Virus record (IMG/VR): IMGVR_UViG_3300042938_002732
Location: 31,363 to 95,362 of that record
Length of the DNA: 64,000 bases
Direction: 5' to 3' (one strand)
Origin: a virus
Shown piece by piece: positions 56,016-63,739 of the stretch. Within the stretch, counting starts at the first letter, position 1, and every line of letters starts with the position of its first letter. The position numbers and the translations under genes were made by a program. Below the pieces are notes generated by a model. It worked only from the letters and a program-made list of their open reading frames with translations, was not told the DNA's origin and ran no database searches.

Positions 56016-56581
56016 TCCTCGTCTTCGTCTGCTCCGTCCCGCTGGCTGATCAGCCTTTCGGCTTCTTCCATGAGGTCGTCGAGGTCGCTTTCGATGCAGA
56101 AATCCGTATCGTCTCCGCTTGTGTCGAACTCATAGTCGGAGCCATCCTCATCTTCAGTGTATTCAGAGATTTCGTTGGCAACATAGTCGCGCACCTCATC
56201 CATTCCCTGTTCCCAGATGGAGAGCGGGACTTCTATGCGGCCTTGCTTTACCCAGTCTCGGGTGTATCTGTTGTATCCTGTCTCTTTGGCATCCACTTCC
56301 ACAAACTCGCCCCGGCGGATTTCGTCTGCTTCGGGGTTGTGGGGGGGGGTCCAAGCTTTTTCCGGAGCGGGTATCGGCTTGAGGGGCTTGAGGGTCGCGA
56401 GCCAGGCTTCGATCTGCTCAAAGTTGGTCGCGCCATCCGGCACGGGGCAGTTGAACTTGATGCGCAGGAGCGCGCGGGTGTAGGGAGACATGGGCGCAAG
56501 CAGGACGAGATTTTTCAAGTCATGCGAGGGCCACTTGTAGGGTAGCGCCTCGGGGCGCAGGGTGTCGGTATTTGTTTCCAT
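56012..56581 (-). CDS. Acidic protein, paralog 2 (inside the Ubl cassette)
   Basis: WPSHDLKNLVLLAPMSPYTRALLRIKFNCPVPDGATNFEQIEAWLATLKP identical to paralog 1; D/E-rich C-terminus. Confidence 0.75.
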   Translation of the reverse strand: METNTDTLRPEALPYKWPSHDLKNLVLLAPMSPYTRALLRIKFNCPVPDGATNFEQIEAWLATLKPLKPIPAPEKAWTPPHNPEADEIRRGEFVEVDAKETGYNRYTRDWVKQGRIEVPLSIWEQGMDEVRDYVANEISEYTEDEDGSDYEFDTSGDDTDFCIESDLDDLMEEAERLISQRDGADEDEE

Positions 56582-56607
56582 AAATTATTGAAAGTCTTAT
56601 TGTAAGA

Positions 56608-57162
56608 CTAATCTTCCGTTTCGTCGTTGGTTCCGTCGCGTTCGGCAACCATGTCTTCGGCTTGCTCCATGAGGTCGTCGAGGTCGTCTTCGATGTCGAA
56701 GTCGTTCAAGATTGTTTCTGAGTAGTCGTAGTCGTTATAGCTATCGTCGGCATCTTGATCTCCGATTACATCTCTCACATAATCCCTGACGGCTCTCTTG
56801 CCTTGCTCGAAGACGGAAAGGGGCACTCGGATTTCGTCCCGCTTTTCGTAGGAACGATTGTAGACGCAGTATCCTGTCTCTACGCCAGTCACTAAAATGA
56901 ATTCCCCGAGGTCAACCTCGTTGCGGCGTCTCGGAGGCGCTGGCGGCAGCGGCGGTGGCGTGGGCGGCTTGAGGGTCGCGAGCCAGGCTTCGATCTGCTC
57001 AAAGTTGGTCGCGCCATCCGGCACGGGGCAGTTGAACTTGATGCGCAGGAGCGCGCGGGTGTAGGGAGACATGGGCGCAAGCAAGACGAGATTTTTCAAG
57101 TCATGCGAGGGCCAGTGGTAGGGCGGTGCCTCGGGGCGAGGGGCTTCGATGTTTGTTTCCAT
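56608..57162 (-). CDS. Acidic protein, paralog 1 (inside the Ubl cassette)
   Basis: As paralog 2; starts METNI directly after the ThiF stop. Confidence 0.75.
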   Translation of the reverse strand: METNIEAPRPEAPPYHWPSHDLKNLVLLAPMSPYTRALLRIKFNCPVPDGATNFEQIEAWLATLKPPTPPPLPPAPPRRRNEVDLGEFILVTGVETGYCVYNRSYEKRDEIRVPLSVFEQGKRAVRDYVRDVIGDQDADDSYNDYDYSETILNDFDIEDDLDDLMEQAEDMVAERDGTNDETED

Positions 57163-57166
57163 AGGG

Positions 57167-57871
57167 TTAGGCAGCGTCGGCATAGCGGGTGGTCTCGGTG
57201 GAGGTGGCGGTGTTGGAGAAACCCAGCGGCCAGAACGGGCGGGTTATTTGCGGGTCGAGCTTGGGTTTTTCGATGAAGACGAAGTTCCACAGCAGGAGCA
57301 AGTGGGCGGATGCCATGTGGTTGGCGATAGGGGTTTGTGGCACTTCGCGCAGACGGGCCTCGGAGTTGCAGCCGCTGGCATGGACGGGCGAGCCGCTGTC
57401 GTCGGTGAGCATCTCGGGCCAGCGCACGCGCGGGTCGCGGGGCGTGCCTTTGTCGGAGGGGGAATACCACCAAGACTCTGCGCCGATTGTCGAGTTCGCG
57501 GCAGAGAGCACGGTGACTCTCGCAGCGGCATCCGCCGCATCGAGTGCGTGCAGACGGGCCAAGTGGTTATCGGCCATTATGATGATGCTGTCGCCATCCT
57601 TGACGCGGAAGGCGCTGTCGATGTAGAAGGTGGATGTCTTTAATCTCCCATACCAGGGGAACTGAGCTGCCAGCGCGGTCGCCTTGTAGGCGTCGATGTG
57701 TTCGCGGTCGAAGTTCTGCCTGCGCAGGTTGTGCTCTTCGAGTCGGTCGCCATCGTGCAGGATGACGCGGTGGCTGCGGATATCGTCGTCCTGACAATAC
57801 CGGAGCGTGCGGAGGAATGGCGGCAGGAAGTAGCTGGCTACGCCGCCGCAGCCGATGATGTGGGTCGTCAT
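57167..57871 (-). CDS. ThiF/E1-like adenylyltransferase
   Basis: IIGCGGVAS, HDGDRLEEHNLRRQNF, YKA, ADNHLAR, candidate catalytic SGC and QTPIAN. Confidence 0.9.
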   Translation of the reverse strand: MTTHIIGCGGVASYFLPPFLRTLRYCQDDDIRSHRVILHDGDRLEEHNLRRQNFDREHIDAYKATALAAQFPWYGRLKTSTFYIDSAFRVKDGDSIIIMADNHLARLHALDAADAAARVTVLSAANSTIGAESWWYSPSDKGTPRDPRVRWPEMLTDDSGSPVHASGCNSEARLREVPQTPIANHMASAHLLLLWNFVFIEKPKLDPQITRPFWPLGFSNTATSTETTRYADAA

Positions 57872-58110
57872 AGGTTTTGGATGGCTGAGAGGATTTCTTG
57901 GTTTTCGTTGTGCTTCTTTTTCATCTGCTCTTTGTGGTAGTCCCTCTTGTGGAGGTAGTCGGCAGTATCCATAAACTTCCGTAGTGCGCGCACGCTGGCC
58001 TTGTCTGTGAGGTGCGCTCGCAGGGTTTCGTGGAGAAATTTCTGGTCTGCTGAGTCCTCATCCAAGTCAGGAGTCTGCAGTTGGCATTTCAGCTTGTCGT
58101 AGAGGTTCAT
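57868..58110 (-). CDS. Small hypothetical protein between E2 and E1
   Basis: ATGA-coupled on both sides. Confidence 0.65.
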   Translation of the reverse strand: MNLYDKLKCQLQTPDLDEDSADQKFLHETLRAHLTDKASVRALRKFMDTADYLHKRDYHKEQMKKKHNENQEILSAIQNL

Positions 58111-58838
58111 ATAGCGATAGATTTGAAGAATTTGTCAAAGATGTCGTTGGATACCGAACGGGCGCTGTCGCGGTAGCGGCGCTCCTCCCAGCCTTGGTAG
58201 TCGGGGGTGAGTTCCTCGCCAGGAGTCCAGAGGAGCAGCGGGATGGGGTTCGTGACTGGGTGTAGGTCGTTGTTGGAATTGGCGGATTGAATCCAATCCA
58301 CAGCGGCTTCGAAGGCTTCCAGTATCGGCAGTGTCTGGACGCGGGTGTGCTCGTCGCGCCAGGCATTGCCCATGCAGATCCGGCCATCGTCGTAGGTATT
58401 TGAGAAAGGCGGGCGGTAGATGTTTTCGCCCACGGCGTGCCAGCACATATATGGCTCCCGCTGCATGGTGAGTCGGCCATCCACATCGAGGTCGAATCTG
58501 GCGAAGAACCACATCTCGTGCCCTGGCGGCGGGGTAAAGTCGAGGCTCTGGTGGATCGACATGCTGTTGTCGTAGAAGACGGCATGCACCTTGGCCGTGC
58601 CGTCGGGAAGGGTGATGGGGGCGAAGTGTGTTTTGAGGCGCACGCTCTCCAGCTTGCGGCCAAGCACAAGCTGCTGGGATGAGATTTTGGCTGTGTATCC
58701 CAGCGAGGGGAAATCGCGGATCACCACCGGCTCGCTCCGCGCGATGTTGCGGAGCATCTCGTTGGCGTTGGCGATGGGCGTGAGGTCGGCGCGGCGGAGT
58801 TGGCCGTCTGTGGCGTCGATGAGGTAGAATGAGTTCAT
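58107..58838 (-). CDS. Prokaryotic E2-like protein (family D / PRTRC protein B-like)
   Basis: YRPPFSNTYDDGRICMG active-site motif and SANSNNDL. Confidence 0.8.
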   Translation of the reverse strand: MNSFYLIDATDGQLRRADLTPIANANEMLRNIARSEPVVIRDFPSLGYTAKISSQQLVLGRKLESVRLKTHFAPITLPDGTAKVHAVFYDNSMSIHQSLDFTPPPGHEMWFFARFDLDVDGRLTMQREPYMCWHAVGENIYRPPFSNTYDDGRICMGNAWRDEHTRVQTLPILEAFEAAVDWIQSANSNNDLHPVTNPIPLLLWTPGEELTPDYQGWEERRYRDSARSVSNDIFDKFFKSIAI

Positions 58839-58871
58839 AGTCTTATGATAAGGATGAAGTAAGGTGGGACG

Positions 58872-58899
58872 AGTCGCCGCAGTGGGGGCTGCGGCGACT
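58872..58899. other. Strong hairpin between Ubl and E2 genes
   Basis: AGTCGCCGCAG-TGGGGG-CTGCGGCGACT; no U-tract. Confidence 0.7.
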
Positions 58900-58906
58900 T
58901 GTCGGA

Positions 58907-59131
58907 TCAGGCGGCCTTCGAGTGCGCCAGCTTCTGGATGAGGAGGGTGTCTCCTGCATACAGCGTGGTGTTCGATTCCGCCTTGGCGCCGGAGATGAGA
59001 CCTTCGACATTGCTGGTGTCGAAGTTCAGGACTGCGGCGTAGTTAGCGTTGGACAGGATTTGTCCAACCGTCGTGCCTTCCAGCACATCCACTGCGAGGG
59101 TGTTGAGACCCGATTTGAGATTTACGAGCAT
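58907..59131 (-). CDS. Ubiquitin-like (beta-grasp) protein, 74 aa
   Basis: VDVLEGTTVGQIL...LISG...TTLYAGDTLLIQ ThiS/MoaD/Ub pattern; AGAAAGGA RBS; first gene of the E2-E1-JAB cluster. Confidence 0.75.
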   Translation of the reverse strand: MLVNLKSGLNTLAVDVLEGTTVGQILSNANYAAVLNFDTSNVEGLISGAKAESNTTLYAGDTLLIQKLAHSKAA

Positions 59132-59262
59132 GGTCGTATTTCCTTTCTGTTGTTGTGCGCGTGGATAACTCGACGCGCGCGAGTGGGGCAGCGGCCCAAA
59201 GTGAAGATGGGGGGAATGACCACAGAGGTCACAGAGGACACAGAGTGGAGAGGGGGGGGGGA

Positions 59263-59388
59263 TTGCAGATGGTGGCCTTGCCGAGTAACCTCGGTCCGAC
59301 GCTTGCGTCGCTTCCTGTTTTCCGGCGATCAACCCTTCTTGGGAGCGAACCACATCCCGTCCAAAGATTGGACGCGACTTATCTGCAA
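59263..59388 (-). ncRNA. Candidate structured RNA or leader upstream of Ubl
   Basis: 8-bp closing stem TTGCAGAT/ATCTGCAA enclosing several perfect hairpins. Confidence 0.45.
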
Positions 59389-59405
59389 AGTCTTATCGTA
59401 AGACG

Positions 59406-59561
59406 CTAATAGTCAACGCACCGGAATTTTCCGGTGAGTTGCTGCACGATCTCTTGAATCTCGCGGCGGTGATCTTCTTTTTTCACCTTGTGCGGGCGCG
59501 ATGGCGGGAGTGTCGGCTTACGAATGCTTTGAAGGCATTCGAGTTGTGTAGGAGTTTTCAT
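59406..59561 (-). CDS. Small basic hypothetical protein
   Basis: ATG abuts one palindrome, stop abuts the next. Confidence 0.55.
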   Translation of the reverse strand: MKTPTQLECLQSIRKPTLPPSRPHKVKKEDHRREIQEIVQQLTGKFRCVDY

Positions 59562-59577
59562 AGTCTTATTGTAAGAC

Positions 59578-59901
59578 TTATTCGCTATCCCCTTGCCACG
59601 CATCGCGGGCTTGGCAGATGAGGTTCAGCGCTTCGCTGGCCTCTTTTGTGTCAAGGCTTTGCAGGTAGCTGCCGACATAGTTAAAGCAGTCCTCGGCGGC
59701 CTCGCGGTTTTCGTCGGCCTGGGGGCGATTGCGAAAAACGAGGGATTCCAAGTTCTCTTCGGGATCGTAAGTTTCCGCTATGTCATTGATGGATACCGAT
59801 TCCGAGTCGGAGTCGGCTTGGAAGTCCAGATGGATTTGTGAGGGGCAGTGCCCCTTCTCTTCGATATCGGCGGCTATGTTGATAATATCTTGTAGTGTCA
59901 T
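59578..59901 (-). CDS. Acidic hypothetical protein
   Basis: 107-aa coupled ORF. Confidence 0.65.
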   Translation of the reverse strand: MTLQDIINIAADIEEKGHCPSQIHLDFQADSDSESVSINDIAETYDPEENLESLVFRNRPQADENREAAEDCFNYVGSYLQSLDTKEASEALNLICQARDAWQGDSE

Positions 59902-60041
59902 GATTTGTATGCGTAAAGCTGGATTGCAAGGACGGCCAGAATGACCAGTAAGATGCGGAGCCGCCGGAAAAACCTCGCCTTGGCGGCGCGGTATTCCCGT
60001 TGCTCACGGTCTTCCCAAAGGAGGTTGCGATATTGATTCAT
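59898..60041 (-). CDS. 47-aa membrane peptide, not in the ORF track
   Basis: MNQYRNLLWEDREQREYRAAKARFFRRLRILLVILAVLAIQLYAYKS; A/C-rich leader; ATGA overlap. Confidence 0.55.
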   Translation of the reverse strand: MNQYRNLLWEDREQREYRAAKARFFRRLRILLVILAVLAIQLYAYKS

Positions 60042-60235
60042 GGTGTTGGTTTGGTTGGTGTTGGCACAGAGTGGAGTGGAAAATTCGCGGCTGCTTGAAT
60101 CAGCCTGTGAGGGCGAAGCAAGCTATCGCTGGCCGACAGCGGGCGGCGGTCGCCACCCCCCTTATTACTGGAACGACCAGCTTCATCTCATCAGTGGGTT
60201 CTGATTAGGGCTCGTGAGGCCCTCGGCTCGTTTGC

Positions 60236-60532
60236 TTATGGCAAGTTTTCTTGTCGCAGAAATTCATCCTCTGCCGGATCGTATGGCGGATTGAGGATGT
60301 CGCAGGCGGCATTTTCCTCATCAGTCAGAACGATTTGACGGATCCAGACATCCACATGGTCGAGGCCCCAGCAGGGTTCTTGGCCTGGGATGAAGAAGCC
60401 CGTCCCGCAGGGGGAGACATGAACCACATTGGTGCGGCACTCCACGATGACGAGCCACAGGGAGCCCGGCTCGGGGATAAAGGGCGGGAGTCCAGCGGCG
60501 CGCTGGTTTTGGTTGCGGATGGGTAAGTTCAT
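60236..60532 (-). CDS. Hypothetical protein
   Basis: MNLPIRN start overlaps the upstream stop. Confidence 0.55.
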   Translation of the reverse strand: MNLPIRNQNQRAAGLPPFIPEPGSLWLVIVECRTNVVHVSPCGTGFFIPGQEPCWGLDHVDVWIRQIVLTDEENAACDILNPPYDPAEDEFLRQENLP

Positions 60533-60774
60533 TCGGCTTCGCAGGTCACAATCACCAGTTCCCTCATGGCGAGTTCCTCCAGTCCGTAGACTTTCGGTTG
60601 GTTGCAGGCCTCGCAGGTGTATTTGCTGGCGTCGGGTTCGACCCCATAGGCTTCTGTGCCACAGGCGAGGCACCAGCCGGTGCCTTCGTCGCTGAGGGCG
60701 CTGAGTTCCTCTTCGGTGCATTCGGGCTTGAATTGTTTCTTACCGGATTTGGTCGTGTAGGGTATGGCGTTCAT
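60529..60774 (-). CDS. Zinc-ribbon protein
   Basis: CLACG...EPDA..Y.CEAC...VYG; GAGGTG RBS. Confidence 0.75.
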   Translation of the reverse strand: MNAIPYTTKSGKKQFKPECTEEELSALSDEGTGWCLACGTEAYGVEPDASKYTCEACNQPKVYGLEELAMRELVIVTCEAE

Positions 60775-60815
60775 CGTTTCACCTCTATGGATTGGACGGC
60801 TAAGTTTGTGTTGAT

Positions 60816-60851
60816 AAAAAGGGAGGGAGCGGGGCTTGCGCCCCGCTCCCT
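60816..60851 (-). terminator. Rho-independent terminator
   Basis: 12-bp GC stem with GCAA loop followed by CCCTTTTT. Confidence 0.8.
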
Positions 60852-60858
60852 TGTGGGG

Positions 60859-61731
60859 TCAGGCTTTGATCGTCGCGAGTTCGGCGAGTTCCACGATGCG
60901 GGCTGTCACCCGATCCTGGTCGATCTCGGAGAGGCGGGTCAACCCAGCCTCTACCTCGTCGAGCAGGCGCAGGAGATCCTCCGCTGTGATCTTCGCGGCG
61001 GGCGCGGGCGGGGTGTTCGCCTTGGGAGCCTCGGGCGCAGCCTCGGGTTTCTTGGCGTCCGGCTTCTTGGCGTCCGTCTTGGCGTCGGGCTTGGCCTCGG
61101 GCGTCTTGGCCTCGGGTTCGTTGCCGGCGGCATCGAGTGCGGCCTTGCGATTGCGGAGTTCCTCCAGCTCGGCCTTTTCGGCGACGAGTTTCTCGGCGGC
61201 GATCTTCTCGGCGGCGAGCTTGGCGGCCTTGGCTTTCTCCTCGGCGGCGGTGCGTTCCTCTGCTGTCAGTCCCGTCTCGTAGAGACTGGAGAGATCATCT
61301 GCGAAGTCGGCGGAGTTGCGGATCACCGCAACCGTCTCGGCGGGCGTGAGCTGCCGCTTGCTGGTCTTGGTCTGCACTCGGCAGATTTGCCAGCAGTCGT
61401 TGAAGGCGAGGCTGTTGTATTCCTCCTCGGTGAGGTGCTCGGCTTCCACCAGGTCATAGACTTTGGCGGCATAGCTGGCGTTGCTCACAGTCCCCTTCTT
61501 GATCCCCGCATCCTGCAGGAGTCGGAAGATGGACTGTCCGGCTTCGAGATTGCGCTCGATGACGCGGAACAATTTCCCCATCGCGCTGAAAGCGCGCTGG
61601 GCGGACAACGCTTCGATGGCGAAGCGTTCGATGCGTTCGGACTGCGGAAGCGCAACGGCCTCCGCGAAGGAGAGTGCCATGAGGGCACTTGCAGATGCGC
61701 CAGACGGCGCGGTTTTTCTTTTAGCTGGCAT
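60859..61731 (-). CDS. Hypothetical protein with A/K/E/P low-complexity linker
   Basis: Strong codon bias, own terminator, two palindromes upstream. Confidence 0.75.
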   Translation of the reverse strand: MPAKRKTAPSGASASALMALSFAEAVALPQSERIERFAIEALSAQRAFSAMGKLFRVIERNLEAGQSIFRLLQDAGIKKGTVSNASYAAKVYDLVEAEHLTEEEYNSLAFNDCWQICRVQTKTSKRQLTPAETVAVIRNSADFADDLSSLYETGLTAEERTAAEEKAKAAKLAAEKIAAEKLVAEKAELEELRNRKAALDAAGNEPEAKTPEAKPDAKTDAKKPDAKKPEAAPEAPKANTPPAPAAKITAEDLLRLLDEVEAGLTRLSEIDQDRVTARIVELAELATIKA

Positions 61732-61949
61732 ATATTTACTTTCTAACCCGCTCAATACGATTGCGTTTGAGTCTTATGATAAGACTCAAAAACGAATCGC
61801 AGGAGACACAACGCGGGCGGGTGTCGCGCTGTGCGGAAATTCAAAAATCACCAATAACCGATTGCGTTTGAGTCTTATGATAAGACTCAAATCCGAATCA
61901 CCGATTCGGGATGGACGGCTATTTAAGGGGGGGGAGGAAAAGGCGCGGG

Positions 61950-62435
61950 TTACGCGCCTTGCACTTTCTTCACGAGGCTGTCGAATTTTTCGGCAGCGGA
62001 TTCGCCGCAGGTGCGGGCAATCTTCGCGCGCATGGGGCGCAATTTTTCGCAGGATGTTTTCCTAACGATGCTGGCACTAAACACGCAAGCGGGCGGTCCG
62101 AAAAATCCCTCGGAAAGTTCGTTTAGCAGGTAGATCCTGCCGATTTTAAGCGGCATTAAAACTTCTTTTAATTCGCCTTTTTTATTCTTTTCCTTTTTAC
62201 CGGTCGGAGCAAACTTCACTTCGTAATCGGTTTCTAAAGTATGGCGATCCGTCCACCAGGCGGACGGCGCGCGGCGCGTGGATACGGGCGCGCGCTTTTG
62301 AGTCTTACGCATAAGACTGAAATCATAGACGGGCATTTCCACTTCTTTGGACGGGCGCGCAAAGTTAAGCGCGGCGTGTTCGCAGGCGGTGAGCGTGGAG
62401 GATACGGGGAATCCTCTTGGGTTCGGTGTTCTCAT
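61950..62435 (-). CDS. Basic hypothetical protein (true start may be 62312)
   Basis: ORF between terminator and palindromes; internal ATG lies within a palindrome copy. Confidence 0.55.
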   Translation of the reverse strand: MRTPNPRGFPVSSTLTACEHAALNFARPSKEVEMPVYDFSLMRKTQKRAPVSTRRAPSAWWTDRHTLETDYEVKFAPTGKKEKNKKGELKEVLMPLKIGRIYLLNELSEGFFGPPACVFSASIVRKTSCEKLRPMRAKIARTCGESAAEKFDSLVKKVQGA

Positions 62436-62466
62436 TTTTTATATGGACGGGTATTGTATTCTACTT

Positions 62467-62506
62467 AAAAAAAGAAGGCGCGCGCCGCTTTTCAGCGGCG
62501 CGCGCC
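62467..62506 (-). terminator. Rho-independent terminator
   Basis: GGCGCGCGCCGCT-GAAA-AGCGGCGCGCGCC-TTCTTTTTTT. Confidence 0.85.
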
Positions 62507-62513
62507 GCGCTTA

Positions 62514-63692
62514 TTAAAGCGCGGGAATATCGCGGAAACTTTTCAATTCTAATGATTTCCACCCCGCGCCGCTTAAAATATATTTTCTGAATACCTCGCT
62601 TGCCATTGCAAGCGCGGCCGCGCGCGCTTGCGCGTCGTTGCTTTGTGAATTTATAATATCCGCGCTTCCGGCGCGCGTTGCTATCGCGCGAATCTTAGAA
62701 AGCGCGCTTTTGAAGTTGGCTTTAAATTTACGCGCTCCATTTCCTTGCTCTTTATTCTTCGCATCAATAGCGGCGCGAATTAAAAACCGAACAAGCGCGG
62801 CGCGCTTTTTATCTTCAGTATGGCAAGCGGCCACCATTGTAGAAAAGGATTTATTTTTCTCCATTGTCACGGATTGTGCATCATATTCGCGCGATATTCC
62901 GTCCGCCCCTTTATGAGTTAAAACGAGCGGCCGAATAGCGGCGCGCGCGGCTGAATAAAGTATTTTCCACGCTTTTAGATTCGGCTTTTCTCTATTGAAA
63001 AGATGACTCTCATCATATCCCTGTTTTATTATCGCGCCGATAACATTTTGAATAACATTTTCCCTATCGGCTATTTGAAGTTTAACGAGCGATATTTTTC
63101 GCTTCGCGGCCGCGCGCGTCAATCTCGCAATTTTCTTGCGAGGGCTTCCGTATTCGATTCTGTGGGCGATTAAAGAGCCTACGCGCGCGGAGAAAAGCGC
63201 GGCGCGCCGCTCTTTAATGATTGCGGAAAAGCGCGCGCTATTAAATAGCGCGCCGCGCTTTGCGGCCGCGCTTTTCATCGCGCGCCGAATGTTCATTAAT
63301 TCTCTGAAGATCGCGCCGCGCGTGGGAAGAATAGCTTTTAACGCGTATTCTGCGCTTAATTCAACGCGCGCTTTAAAATTATCGGGTTCAATGTCTAAAA
63401 GTTTTTCGGCGTTGTATTTTCCGCGCGCCGCGCTTTCAAGGGCGCGCAATTTTTCATTTTCCGCGCGCCGGAATTTTTTAGCAACGCGCGGAATTTTTAT
63501 CGGCTTAGTCGCCTGCTTTTCAGTCGCGCGGCCGCTTGCGCGGAGCGCGGCCGCTTCGGGATTTTTAATATCCGCTTCAGGCGGTTGCGCGGCGCGCGGT
63601 GTTGCATGAAAAGCGTATTCGCGCCCGTCAATTTTAATGAGCCGATCACGCGCAATAAAGCGCGTTGTGGGATTTAATGTTAGCTTTGACAT
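62514..63692 (-). CDS. Very basic A/R/K-rich hypothetical protein
   Basis: 392-aa ORF with its own promoter-like element and terminator. Confidence 0.7.
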   Translation of the reverse strand: MSKLTLNPTTRFIARDRLIKIDGREYAFHATPRAAQPPEADIKNPEAAALRASGRATEKQATKPIKIPRVAKKFRRAENEKLRALESAARGKYNAEKLLDIEPDNFKARVELSAEYALKAILPTRGAIFRELMNIRRAMKSAAAKRGALFNSARFSAIIKERRAALFSARVGSLIAHRIEYGSPRKKIARLTRAAAKRKISLVKLQIADRENVIQNVIGAIIKQGYDESHLFNREKPNLKAWKILYSAARAAIRPLVLTHKGADGISREYDAQSVTMEKNKSFSTMVAACHTEDKKRAALVRFLIRAAIDAKNKEQGNGARKFKANFKSALSKIRAIATRAGSADIINSQSNDAQARAAALAMASEVFRKYILSGAGWKSLELKSFRDIPAL

Positions 63693-63701
63693 AAGACTTT
63701 T

Positions 63702-63730
63702 AGGTTAAAGAAAAGCGCGCGCGATTGCAA
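63702..63730 (-). promoter_or_regulatory. Sigma70-like promoter for the 63692 gene
   Basis: TTGCAA-N17-TAACCT, 9 nt upstream of ATG. Confidence 0.55.
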
Positions 63731-63739
63731 GCGCGTTTT

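Noticed and set aside
57167-59131. Thiamine or molybdopterin sulfur-transfer genes (ThiS/ThiF)
   Set aside because: No ThiG or MoaE, the Ubl lacks GG, and linkage to E2 and JAB points to protein conjugation
59132-59353. N-terminal extension of the Ubl ORF (148-aa call in the track)
   Set aside because: Low-complexity translation across a repeat and hairpins; a good RBS precedes the ATG at 59131
60187-60194. Hammerhead ribozyme core (CTGATGAG on the minus strand)
   Set aside because: No correctly placed GAAA or stem II could be built, and the motif sits in a competing stem
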